A stretch of 64,000 bases of DNA from the human T2T-CHM13v2.0 reference genome, Homo sapiens: assembly GCF_009914755.1 (NCBI RefSeq), contig NC_060927.1. One strand, 5' to 3'. The position numbers and the translations under genes are program-made. Under the pieces are notes generated by a model that ran no database searches, was not told where the DNA came from, and saw only the letters and a list, made by a program, of their open reading frames with translations. The number at the start of each line of letters is the position of its first letter. The first letter of the stretch is position 1. Shown here one piece after another: positions 27,361 through 39,250 of the stretch.

Positions 27361-28454
27361 GGAAATGATGCAGAAGGGGCCATAAGCCCAGGATTTGTGA
27401 TATACGAGGTATCAACACTGATGACTTCAAAATGATCTCTCCAAGTCTATTATCTGCTCTTTGTTATTAGACATTGTTTTGAAGTTATTCTGTGATTGTG
27501 CTTTGAGAAGTGTTTTTCAACCTTGTCTCCTGCCAAGTTTACCTGAACTACTTAACCAACATTTGGGTTAAACATGGCCTTTGTTCTTCTAACATCCCAT
27601 TAAGTAGAATTTATACAATGGCCTTAGAACTAGTCCTTGTATAGTAGAGTGGATTAGAAATCTTGGGCTAATTTAGCATCTGTCAAGAATAAAGCTACCT
27701 CCAAGAGCTGTTCAAGGGCCATGATAAAGGGAGATTCCAGTTCCAGAGAGTGTATTTACTTGGTACCACCACTTCAGCTATACTCTTATGTGGTTTGACC
27801 AAAGTTTAGAATATCTCATATCTTAGTAGCACAGTTCTTTATAGCCCTCAATCTCTAGACCTCTTTGGTTCCTAGATAGTGTGCACAATTTTCTTCTAAG
27901 CTTATTGCCAGCCAGCGTTCTCCCTGAGAAGCAGGTGGTGCTTTGGGATGCCTGCTCTATTATTGACCATTTGCAGACTTAAAAGCATCTTTGTGACATT
28001 TTCATGAGTCAGATGCCTAGCTTTGTTGATCCTTCCTTGGGCTCTGTGGAAAGAAATAGTTTACTGGCCAATACACCTATATTGACTCTAAATTATACAC
28101 ACTTACACTGAATCTGCATATAATATTCCCATGAGACAGCAAGATAGTTGTCTGATGGAGCAGGGAATTTCCACTGGAATAAAGCAGGTTTATACTCTAC
28201 TCCCCACCACCACCTTATTTCTAACTTTTACCTTAATGACTTGAGACTATAGTCCACTATCCATCCTCCATCAGACACTCTACTATAGGCAGCAGAAAAA
28301 TCGGCAAACGCCTATGTGCAGATAATGTTATTTTATTTCCATGAATGGAAAAGTCCATGTAGAATGGACTTTTGCTCTTCTGGTCCATCTTGCTCTTACT
28401 TTCTAACTACTACTAGGGCGTTCAATTGATAGCAAGATCAGTTACCCCAAAATG

Positions 28455-28640
28455 AAAGTCATTGATTTTAGTAAATATTTTTCATCTTTTAACTAGCCTT
28501 AGCTAAAATGCATTAGCAAAAAGTCTATATCCATAATTGGTTCCAGGGCTAGTGGCTTAATCTAACATTTTTGTAAGTGATTTTGTAAACTGATAGAGCA
28601 AGCATTTTACTATCAGGTTATCTTGGATAGTTGACCTGGA
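28455..28640 (+). mobile_element. CR1/L3 LINE RT remnant
   Basis: Translations VIDFSKYF (cf. LDFSKAF) and LVPGLVA*SNIFVSDF (cf. SVLGPVLFNIFINDL). Confidence 0.5.
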
Positions 28641-29603
28641 AATACATTGTTTAAAGTTAGGGGCACTTTACTGAGGTCTGCATTCACCTACATGTATTTA
28701 GGAGTGTTCACAAGCCAAAATGGTGTGGCTGTGAGCACCTCCCTACCCAAACATTGGCTCTGATCCTAAACTGCTTTTTGTGTAAAGGCTTGATTTTCAC
28801 TTGTGGGCATTTCATGTGGAGGACAATTGGTTTTATTTTTAGTTGAGGTCCCAGCAATGTTTCTCCACAGTCATGACACTCAACCCTTGTACAGTTGGTT
28901 GTTGAAGCACTGAGCCCTGCATTCACCTGGCCACATAGAATATATTCAGGCCAATCACTTGCCAGGGAGGATGCTCTTGAATCCATTACCGCTTAATACT
29001 TATTAGTAGTTCACTTGAGTCATCCATAGTACTGTTCTTACCAAATTCTATGCTGCCATTTGTATAGTAATCCTACATGGGGGAGCACACTAAGAACTTA
29101 ATTGGTGAAACATGTTGCATTTACTGTAAGAATGTTATTGAGGATGTATCAGGACCCAGGAGAGAAATTTTGAACCTCTGAAGAAGATGCTTTTGTGCCT
29201 TTCCTAAGCAACTGCTTTTAACTCTACCTCAAAGACACTCTAAACCATGTAATTGATCCTATTCCCTTCTTCATTCTGGCCATGAGGAAACTCTGAGGCA
29301 GGTTTATAGCACACTCTAACAGTACTCGGCACTTACGGTGCATGAACTTATTCTGGCTACATCATATTTTTCTACCCTTCTATTACCTTGTCCCTATTTT
29401 CTCGCTGAATTTTTTTTTATCTTTGTGGGTATTTTTGTAAGCTGCTTCAAACACATCTTGCAAAGAGGATGGATAAATAAATACATTTTTGTAATACTGC
29501 TGTGTGAAGTATAGTTCTACAAAGCAGTAGGATAAAAATCTTATCAGAAAAAGGGACTTCTGTAGAATCTCTGTGGGTAGACATTCTATTCTCACATAAT
29601 TAA

Positions 29604-30289
29604 AAAGCCATAATAGGAATATGTTACAGCCCACCTGACCAGGACACTGAGATAGAAATGTTAATTGAGATTGTGGAAACTGCAAAATTAGGCCAGGTAG
29701 TAATAATGAGAGACTTTAATTACTCAATCATAGATTGGCAAAATGCCTCACGGGGACAAGGGTTGGAAGTGAGATTTTTAGATAAGAGAAATTACAGCTT
29801 CTCAGAGAAAGTAGAGAAGGAGCTGTATGGTCAGGGAATATTCTAGATAGGGTTCTGACACTGGATGGAAACTGGTCCACGGGGTGATGCAAAAAGCATC
29901 AACACTGACTACATGCAGTTTACTTCCATAGCCTTGTGGGCAAGTTAAAATCCACTACATGTCTACCTTATATTATAAAGTGTCTGGTGATAAAAATGAA
30001 AGTTAGAATTTTAAAATTCAGTAACAAGAAACAAACCAAGAGAATACTTTCAAAGCAACTTATCAGCAATCCAGGGAAAATTCCAAGGGGTTATGATAAT
30101 CTTCAGTGGCTAGTTGACTGAGTCAGAGATGTAATTGCTGGGGCAGGGGAAGGAAGATGTCTTCAAAAGAAGAAAAAAAAAATGGAAGAAGACATGTAAA
30201 CCCACAAAATATACAGGTGAGGAATAACTTAAAATTATACAAAGAACAAAAAATATGATGCATCATGTAGAGGATTCCAAAGGTCCTAG
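29604..30289 (+). mobile_element. CR1/L3-clade LINE ORF2 endonuclease remnant (left of HERV-H)
   Basis: One frame reads IIGICYSPPDQD...VVIMRDFNYSIIDW...RFLD, then NILDRVLT after a frameshift, matching CR1 VGVCYRPPDQ / LMGDFNYPDICW / LLDLVLT. Confidence 0.75.
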
Positions 30290-30739
30290 TGTCAGGCCTC
30301 TGAGCCCAAACTAAGCCATCGCATCCCCGGGGACTTGCACGTATGTGCCCAGATGGCCTGAAGTAACTGAAGAATCACAAAAGAAGTGAAAATGCCCTGC
30401 CCCACCTTAATTGATGACATTCCACCACAAAAGAAGTGACAATGGCCGGTCCTTGCCTTAACTGATGACAGTGTCTTGTGAAATTCCTTCTCCTGGCTCA
30501 TCCTGGCTCAAAAGCTCCCCTACTGAGCATCTTGTGACCCCCACTCCTGCCTGCCAGAGAACAACCCCCTTTGACTGTAATTTTCCTTTACCTACCCAAA
30601 TCTTATAAAACGGCCCCACCCCATCTCCCTTTGCTGACTCTCTTTTTGGACTCAGCCCACCTGCACCCAGGTGAAATAAACAGCTTTATTGCTCACACAA
30701 AGCCTGTTTGGTGGTCTCTTCACACGGACGTGAGTGAAA
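30290..30739 (+). promoter_or_regulatory. 5' LTR7 of HERV-H (promoter)
   Basis: tgtcaggcctctgagccc start; ACAAAAGA at 30377 and 30427; TATAAAA 30604-30610; AATAAA 30675-30680. Confidence 0.95.
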
Positions 30740-30741
30740 TT

Positions 30742-30759
30742 TGGTGCCGTGACTCAGAT
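30742..30759 (+). other. Primer-binding site for tRNA-His
   Basis: tggtgccgtgactcagat matches the complement of the tRNA-His 3' end (TGGTGCCGTGACTCGGAT) at 17/18. Confidence 0.95.
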
Positions 30760-30882
30760 CAGGGGACCTCCCTTGGGAGATCAATCCCCTGTCCTCCTGC
30801 TCTTTGCTCTGTGAGAAAGATCCACCTACAACCTCAGGTCCTCAGACCAACCAGCCCAAGAAACATCTCACTAATTTCAAAT

Positions 30883-30891
30883 CCGGTAAGC
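30883..30891 (+). other. HERV-H major splice donor
   Basis: CCG|GTAAGC about 145 nt downstream of the 5' LTR. Confidence 0.8.
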
Positions 30892-31226
30892 GGCCTCATT
30901 TTACTCTCTTCTCCAACCTCCTTCACTATCCCTCAACCTCTTTCTTATTTCAATCTTGGCGCCACACTTCAATCTCTCCCTTCTCTTTATTTCAATTCCT
31001 TTCATTTTCTGGTAGAGACAAAGGAGACATGTTTTATCTGTGGACCCAAAACTCCGGCGCTGGTCACGGACTAGGGAAGGCAGCCTTCCCTTGGTGTTTA
31101 ATCATTGCAGGGATGCCTCTCTTGATTATTCACCCAGGTTTCAGAGGTGTCAGACCACGCAGGGACACCTGCCTTGGTCCTTCACCTTTAGCGGCAAGTC
31201 CCTCTTTTCTGGGGGAGAGGCAGGAA

Positions 31227-31322
31227 CCCCGACCTCTTATCTCTGTGCCCCGATCCCTTATTTCCATGCCCCGACCTCTTATCTCTGCGCCCCAACCCCT
31301 TATTTCCATGCCCCGACCCCTT
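31227..31322. repeat. 21-bp tandem repeats (~4.5 copies, alternating variants) in HERV-H leader
   Basis: ccccgacctcttatctctg(t/c)g alternating with cccc(g/a)a(t/c)cccttatttccatg. Confidence 0.9.
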
Positions 31323-31399
31323 GTCTGCTTTTCTGGAGGGCAAGAACCCCCCACCCCTTCTCCGTGTCTCTACTCTCTTTTCTCTGGGCTTGCCTCCTT

Positions 31400-32642
31400 C
31401 ACTATGGGCAAGCTTCCACCTTCCATTCCTCCTTCTTCTCCCTTAGCCTGTGTTCTTAAAAACTTAAAACCTCTTCAACTCTCACCTGACCTAAAATCGA
31501 AGCGCCTTATTTTCTTCTGCAATGCCACTTGACCCCCAGTACAAACTGGACAGTAGTTCCAAATAGACGGAAAACGGCACTTTCAATTTTTCCATCCTAC
31601 AAGATCTAAATAATTCTTGTCGTAAAATAGGCAAACGGTCTGAGATGCCTTACGTCCAGGCATTCTTTTACACATCAGTCCCTCCCTAGTCTCTGTTCCC
31701 AGTGCAACTCGTCCCAAATCTTCCTTCTTTCCCTCCCACCTGTCCCCTCAGTCCCAACCCCAAGCGTCGCTGAGTCTTTCTAATCTTCCTTTTCTACAGA
31801 TCCATCTGACCTCTCCCCTCCTCGCCAGGTCGAGCTAGGTCCCAATTCTTCCTCAGCCTCCACTCCTCCACCCTATAATCCTTTTATCACCTCCCCTCTT
31901 CACACCTGGTCCGGCTTACAGTTTCGTTCCATGACTAGCCTTCCCCCACCTGCCCAGCAATTTACTCTTAAAAAGGTGGCTGGAGCTAAAGGCATAGTCA
32001 AGGTTAATGCTCCTTTTTCTTTATCCCAAATCAGATAGCATTTAGGCTCTTTTACATCAAATATAAAAATCCAGCCCAGTTCATGGCTCCTTTCGCAGCA
32101 ACCCTGAGACGCTTTACAGCCCTAGACCCTAAAAGGTCAAAAGGCCGTCTTATTCTCAATATACATTTTATTACCCAATCTGCTCCCAACATTAAATAAA
32201 ACTCCAAAAATTAAATTCCGGCCCTCAAACCCCACAACGGGACTTAATTAACCTCGCCTTCAAGGTGTACAATAATAGAGTAGAGGCAGCCAAGTAGCAA
32301 CATATTTCTGAGTTGCAATTCCTTGCCTCCACTGTAAGACAAACCCCAGCCACATCTCCAGCACACAAGAACTTCCAAACGCCTAAACCACAGTGGCCAG
32401 GCATTCCTACAGAACCGCCTCCCCCAGGAGCTTGCTAAAGGTGCCAGAAATCTGGCCACCAGGCTAAGGAATGCCCACAGCCCGGGATTCCTCCTAAGCC
32501 GTGTCCCATCTATGCGGGACCCCACTGGAAATAGGACTGTTCAACTCACCTGGCAGCCACTCCCGGAGCCCCTGGAACTCTGGCCCAAGGCTCTCTGACT
32601 GACTCCTTTCCAGATCTTCTCGGCTTAGTGGCTGAAGACTGA
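31400..32642 (+). pseudogene. gag: HERV-H gag remnant
   Basis: Two degenerate CCHC knuckles (C*RCQKSGHQAKEC, CPIYAGPHWK*DC) at 32433-32540, then TGA; 5' boundary approximate. Confidence 0.8.
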
Positions 32643-35080
32643 TGCTGCCCGATCACCTCGGAAGCCCCGTAGACCATCATGGACGCCAAGCTTTAGGTAA
32701 CTCTCACAGTGGAGGGTAAGTCCATCCCCTTCTTAATCAATACGGAGGCTACCCACTCCACATTACCTTCTTTTCAAGGGCCTGTTTCCCTTGCCTCCAT
32801 AACTGTTGTGGGTATTGACAGCTAGGCTTCCAAACCTCTTAAAACTCTCCAACTCTGGTATCAACTTAGACAATACTCTTTTAAGCACTCCTTTTTAGTT
32901 ATCCCCACCTGCCCATTCCCTTATTAGGCTGAGATATTTTAACCAAATTATCTGCTTCCCTGACTATTCCTAGACTACAGCTGCATCTCATTGCCGCCCT
33001 TCTTCCCAACCCAAAGCCTCCTTTGCGTCTTCCTCTCATATCCCCCCACCTTAACCCACAAGTATGGAACATCTCTACTCCTTCCCTGGCAACCGATCAC
33101 ATGCCCATTACCATCCCATTAAAACCTAATCACCCTTACCCCGCTCAACGCCAATATCCCATCCCACAGCATGCTTTAAAAGGATTAAAGCCTGTTATCA
33201 CCCACCTGTTACAGCATGGCCTTTTAAAGCCTATAAACTCTCCTTACAATTCCCCCATTTTACCTGTCCTCAAACCAGGCAAGACTTACAGGTTAGTTCA
33301 GGATCTGCGCCTTATCAACCAAATTGTTTTGCCTATCCGTCCCATGGTGCCAAACCCATATACTCTCCTATCCTCAATACCTCCCTCCACAATCCATTAT
33401 TCTGTTCTGGATCTCAAACACGCTATCTTTACTATTCCTTTGCACCCTTCATCCCAGCTTCTCTTCACTTTCGCTTGGACTGATCCTGACACCCATCAGG
33501 CTCAGCAAATTACCTGTGCTGTACTGCCGCAAAGCTTCACAGACAGCCCCCATTACTTCAGTCAAGCCCAAATTTCTTCCTTATCTGTTACCTATCTCAG
33601 CATAATTCTCATAGAAACACACGCGCTCTCCCAGCTGATCGTGTCCGACTGATCTCTCAAACCCCAACCCCTTCTACAAAACAACAACTCCTTTCCTTCC
33701 TGGGCATGGTTGGATACTTTCGCCTTTGGATACCTGGTTTTGCCATCCTAACAAAACCATTACATAAACTCACAAAAGAAAACCTAGCTGACCCCATAGA
33801 TCCTAAATCCTTTCCCCACTCCTCTTTCCTGTCCTTGAAGACATCTTTAGAGACTGCCCCACCCTAGCTCTCCCTGACTCATCCCAACCCTTTTCATTAC
33901 ACACAGCTGAAGTGCAGGGCTGTGTAGTTGGAATTCTTACACAAGGACCGGGATCGCGTCCTGTAGCCTTTTTGTCCAAACAACTTGACCTTACTGTTTT
34001 AGGCTGGCCATCATGTCTCCGTGCAGCAGCTGCTGCCGCCCTAATACTTTTAGAGGACCTTAAAATCACAAACGATGCTCAACTCGCTCTCTACAGCTCT
34101 CATAATTTCCAAAATCTATTTTCTTCCTCACACCTGAGGCATATACTTTCTGCTCCCCGGCTCCTTCAGCTGTACTCACTCTTTATTGAGTCTCCCACAA
34201 TTACCACTGTTCCTGGCCCGGACTTCAATCCGGCCTCCCACATTATTCCTGATACCACACCTGACCCTCATGACTGCATCTCTCTGATCCACCTGAGGTT
34301 CACCCCATTTCCCCACATTTCCTTCTTCCCTGTTTCTCACCCTGATCACACTTGGTTTATTGATGGCAGTTCCACAAGGCCTAATCGCCACACACCAGCA
34401 AAGGCAGGCTATGCTATAGTACAAGCCACTAGCCCACCTCTTAGAACCTCTCATTTCCTTTCCATCGTGGAAATCTATCCTCAAGGAGATCACTTCTCAG
34501 TGTTCCATCTGCTATTCTACTACTCCTCAGGGATTGTTCAGGCCCCCTCCCTTTCCTACACATCAAGCTCGGGGATTTGTCCCTGCCCAGGACTGGCAAA
34601 TTGACTTTACTCACATTCCCTGAGTCAGAAAACTAAAATATCTCTTAGTCTGGGTAGACACTTTCATTGGATGGGTAGGGGCCTTTCCCACAGGGTCTGA
34701 GAAGGCCACCGCTGTCGTTTCTTCCCTTCTGTCAGACATAATTCCTCGGTTTGGCCTTCCCACCTCTATACAATCCAATAGCAGACCAGCCTTTATTAGT
34801 CAAATCAGCCAAGCATTTTTTCAGGCTCTTAGTATTCAGTGAAATCTTTATGTCCCTTACAGTCCTCAGTCTTCAGGAAAGGTAGAACAGACTAATGGTC
34901 TTTTAAAAACACACCTCACCAAGCTCAGCCACCAACGTAAAAAGGACTGGACAATACTTCTACCACTTTCCCTTCTCAGAATTCAGGCCTGTCCTCAGAA
35001 TGCTACAAGGTACAACCCATTTGAGCTCCTGTATAGACACTCCTTTTTATTAGGCCCCAGTCTCATTCCAGACGCCAGAC
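32643..35080 (+). pseudogene. pol: HERV-H pro-pol remnant (protease, RT with YxDD region deleted, RNase H, integrase)
   Basis: FLINTEAT (cf. LIDTGA); QYPIP, SPYNSPILPV, YRLVQDLRLIN, VLDLK, VLPQSFTDSP; WFIDGSS; WQIDFTH, PQSSGKVE; stops and frameshifts present. Confidence 0.92.
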
Positions 35081-35430
35081 CAACTTGGACTGCGCCCCAA
35101 AAAACTTGTCATCCCTACTATCTTCTGTCCAGTCATACTCCTATTCACCGTTCTCAACTACTCATACATGCCCTGCTCTTGTTTACACTGCCAGTTTACA
35201 CTGTTTCTCCAAGCCATCACAGCTGATATCTCCTGGTGCTATCCCCAAACCACCACTCTTAACTCTTGAAGTAAATAAATAATCTTTGCTGGCAAGGCTA
35301 TGCTGAACCTCCTTAGGCACTCTCTAATTAGATGTCCTAGGTCCTCCCAAATTCTTAGTCCTTTAATACCTGCCCCATCACTTCAACACTATTTTGTTTT
35401 ATTTTTCTTATTAATATAAGAAGGCAGGAA

Positions 35431-35881
35431 TGTCAGGCCTCTGAGCCCAAACTAAGCCATCGCATCCCCGGGGACTTGCACGTATGTGCCCAGATGGCCT
35501 GAAGTAACTGAAGAATCACAAAAGAAGTGAAAATGCCCTGCCCCACCTTAATTGATGACATTCCACCACAAAAGAAGTGAAAATGGCCGGTCCTTGCCTT
35601 AACTGATGACAGTGTCTTGTGAAATTCCTTCTCCTGGCTCATCCTGGCTCAAAAGCTCCCCTACTGAGCATCTTGTGACCCCCACTCCTGCCCGCCAGAG
35701 AACAACCCCCTTTGACTGTAATTTTCCTTTACCTACCCAAATCTTATAAAACGGCCCCACCCCTATCTCTTTTCGCCGACTCTCTTTTTGGACTCAGCCC
35801 GCCTGCACCCAGGTGAAATAAACAGCTTTATTGCTCACACAAAGCCTGTTTGGTTGTCTCTTCACACGGACGCGAGTGAAA
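35431..35881 (+). terminator. 3' LTR7 of HERV-H with poly(A) signal
   Basis: Copy of the 5' LTR (9 substitutions + 1 indel by my count); AATAAA 35817-35822. Confidence 0.93.
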
Positions 35882-35886
35882 CCTGG

Positions 35887-36600
35887 GAAAAGTTCTTTGA
35901 ACTATCAGGGAAAGGAAGAAAGTTAACAAAACAATGAGATCTCTTTAAAATAATGGCAACAAAGCTGAACAAAAGGAGAAACAAATAGCAAAAGGTTGAT
36001 AAAGTCTTTGCCTTAATTTTCAGAGAGATTCACCTCTTTATAAAATATCCCCTGAAACCAAGGTAAGAATTAAGACTACTATAAATATGATCATTGATCA
36101 CAATAAGCTAATGTACCCAAAAATGTAGATAATTTGGAGACTTTGGGGGTAAAATATTCAAAGAAGAAACAGAGCAATTTTTAGTTACACTGTGTATCTG
36201 TCATAGATTACCCCTGCCTTAGAAATACTGAGCCAACGCAGGGGAATTATAACTAAACACAGGCTCATTGTATACTTTTTTTTTTTAAATAAAATCTAGG
36301 AAGAAAGAGAATATAGCTTATGAATGGATGAACAAATTAATATTTTTGGTGCCAAATATATAAATACATTAAAAATGCTTAACCAAGAAAATATTTTTAA
36401 TTGAATTAAGATTTGAGGAAAGGGATGACAGCATGATGATTTTAGGCAAAAGATGTATAAAAACATAGTGTGCCAGAGATTGGCTCCAGGCCTAGTGATT
36501 TAATTTAACATGTTGGTAAGTGATCTGAAAGAGGGATAAAACAGCAAATGCTCTAATAATTCTGGTTATTAAAGAGGCATAACCATCAAGAAAAAATCTT
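35887..36600 (+). mobile_element. CR1/L3 ORF2 remnant continuing right of HERV-H
   Basis: GNY-like motif near 36240 and LAPGLVI*FNMLVSDLKEG at 36480 (cf. SVLGPVLFNIFINDLDEG). Confidence 0.6.
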
Positions 36601-38419
36601 CATGTGTTTTGGAGGATGCAAATAGAGAGCAAAACAATGGATGAACAATACCTCTAGGAATAAATAAATCAAATTTTCCTAATAAAAGGAGAGTTTCAAT
36701 TTGAAAAAAATATTCCAAATAAAATAATGTTCTTCCTAACTTTCTACCCAAATCCTTTCCTTCTAAGTAATCTACACACTGAGGCAGTCTGCAGGAGTGG
36801 AGTCTGTCTTTCACAGGCATCCTCTCAGAAACACTGTTCCTGGAGTCTGCTGGGGCTAGCAGGCAAGCCCTGTTTGGGCACAGTTTGTTTCAACAAAAGC
36901 AGCATCATTCATAGTTTATAGTGCCTTACCATGCACAAGTCATGTTCCTATCCAGTGCTGCATTGCATCCTGTCACAATATGTTATTCATTTCATTTACA
37001 GATCAGGAAACTGGGGGGTAGTAAACACAAAAGCAGGGCTGCCTGGCTCACCTCCACTACTGGACGTGTTTCCAGGGCTAGTCCACACCTTCGCCAAGCA
37101 CCCTCCTCCAAAATATTAGGATAAAGAGACACTCTTTGAAACTTGAAAAAAAGAGAGTTTCAGACAAATTTAAAAGAATGCAGATCACACAGTGGATAAT
37201 AAATGAAGACGATTCATTAACCAAGAAGTACCATTGAGGGAAATGAAAATAAATGCAAAGGGTTTTGGCAGACTTTGAGAGGAAAGGATATTCTAGGTTG
37301 ACATCTGGGAAGTTCATCTTTCTATACTTGAAATCTCACATGAAACTGCTCCTGCTAAATGAGTCCAAAATTGAAGCTGGTTCTCCAGCCCTGAATGCTT
37401 CACTTCTTTCAGAAGCCCATTCCAGCTCTTGAGGTCTGCACTGCTCTGCTGTGATTGACTCCCACTGTCCAGCCCACAGTCTCTGAGGTATGGCCTTGCT
37501 CCTGCTCCCTTGTGCAAGCATCTCTATCCCCTCTGATACTAGAGAATCTCCAGCTCATCCCTCCAGATGTCACACAGCACTTCCCTGTGGAGCCTTGGCC
37601 TGCTGCTACCCTTGATCTACTTTGTGAGTGCCTTCTTGGCTGCTGCCCAGATCCTCACCCTGGTCACTGTCTCTGGCCTTTGTGTTGCCCTGTTCTCCTG
37701 TGGGTAGAGGAGAGGCAGCCCACTGAAAGATCTCACTTCAACAGACTGTAGGAAATGCAGGATTTGCAACCTTTTACTAACATGAAGTCGAAGCTGCAAA
37801 TCAATCCAGTGTCTGTAATCCCCCGATTGCATCTCTTTAGGAGAAGTTTTGTAAGTGAAGTGATTTGCAGGTGGTCTCTTTGATACAGATACCTGGGACA
37901 AATTGTAGAGTCTGGTTTGAAGAAGCAAGACTGTGAAGGACTCAGCACTCTTATCATCATGCTGAGTATGCGTGGCACACACTAAATTCTTTTTTTCTGG
38001 GTTTGCCTTTTTCTCCAGCTAGTGAGAAAACTACTAAATATCTTGTTCTAAGATGGTTTTGTTCTGGTCCCTATACAAGAGACAAGCTTGTTTTAAAAGG
38101 ATATTTGAAGAAGTGGTAAAGAAAAGAAACGATCACTTTGTACTGCCAAATTATGACAAAGAAGTTGAGGATGTTTTGACAGTAAGCATATATGAGATCC
38201 TGAAATAATAACAGAGTTATATCCTAACTTTGACCTCTGCAAAGAGAGCTGAAAGTAAAGATTCCTCTAGAGAGCTGAAAAAAAAAAAGCAATTTGTTAA
38301 ATGATGATAAATAATATGTATAGTTTAGACAAACATGTACCTAATGCCTAAATAAGAGGGACCTAATTTTAAGAATGTTGCGAAGGAATCTGAAAAGTGA
38401 TTTGAGTCTATCTCTTCCC

Positions 38420-38610
38420 AAGACAGTATATTAAGTTGTTTAAAAACATGGACTCTGGAGCCAGGCAGCATGGATTCAAGTCCCAGTCTGATACTTAGCT
38501 GTGTAACCTCGGGCAATTTGGTAACATCTATGATCTTGGTTTTCTCAACTATATGAAAGGGATAATAGTCCCAACCTCACAGAATGTAATGAATAATATC
38601 AAAAAGCCCC
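38420..38610 (+). mobile_element. MIR SINE
   Basis: catggactctggagccaggcagcatggattcaagtcccagtc...ttagctgtgtaacctcgggcaa. Confidence 0.8.
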
Positions 38611-38851
38611 TAGAATAAATAAAGAAAGAAAGAAACCTACTACCTCACGAGGCAACCAGATCCTCACTTCTGTCTTACCTTCAGCTGAAACTAACCTCCT
38701 TATAAAATTCCACTTATTGGCCTAGTTTGGCAATATAAAATACTCACTTTTCCAGATGGCAACCCTTTAAATATTAGAAGACAATTACAGAATTTCCCTC
38801 TTAAAATACTTCTTTACAACTGAACAAACTAATTTCCTTGAATCTGTCATA

Positions 38852-39250
38852 TGTGACAAACTCAATGTGTTGGCTAGCCCAGCAGCTGACTCCAACCTCT
38901 TTTATTCTTTCTTCCTTGCTCCCTCCCACTCTAATGCTAGGTGCCAATATTTGCTTTCCCAGCACCCCCTTACATCTAGGAATAGATGGGTGGCCAAGCC
39001 CTGACCAAGAAGACCAAGGAGACATAAGGAAAGTTTTCTTGGGGACTTTTGACTTTTTCATAAAAGAGATGGAGCCACCTACACTGTCCACGTTGCCCCT
39101 TCTTCCTGCCTTTAACATGGATGTGATGCCTGGGGCTTCGTGGTTGCAAGACAACCACTGCAGCTTCAGGCATAGGGATGCTAAAGATGGAGGAACAAAC
39201 ATATGCAAAGAGCGTGGGCCTTGACGTCAGGGTTGAGCTGCTGAATAGGT
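38852..39250. mobile_element. Old ERVL/MaLR LTR (LTR33/MLT1-like)
   Basis: cttcttcctgcctttaacatggatgtgatgcctgggg...gctaaagatggagg...gttgagctgctgaa. Confidence 0.55.

Larger units (their letters stand above)
30290..35881 (+). mobile_element. HERV-H provirus, two LTR7s, internally deleted non-autonomous form (5.6 kb)
   Basis: 450/451-bp direct repeats, tRNA-His PBS, gag-pro-pol remnants, PPT aagaaggcaggaa (35418-35430), 5-bp TSD cctag/cctgg. Confidence 0.97.

Noticed and set aside
28337-28373. Overlapping small hairpins (ttccat-ga-atggaa; aaaagtccat-gtaga-atggactttt)
   Set aside because: Short AT-rich stems, no evidence of function.
30804-31532. 242-aa ORF in HERV-H leader
   Set aside because: Non-ATG alternative frame through pyrimidine-rich, tandemly repeated leader; no domain similarity seen.
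33023-34604. 209-aa and 230-aa pol ORFs as functional enzymes
   Set aside because: RT lacks the YxDD region, the protease active site is mutated and integrase has stops; typical defective HERV-H.
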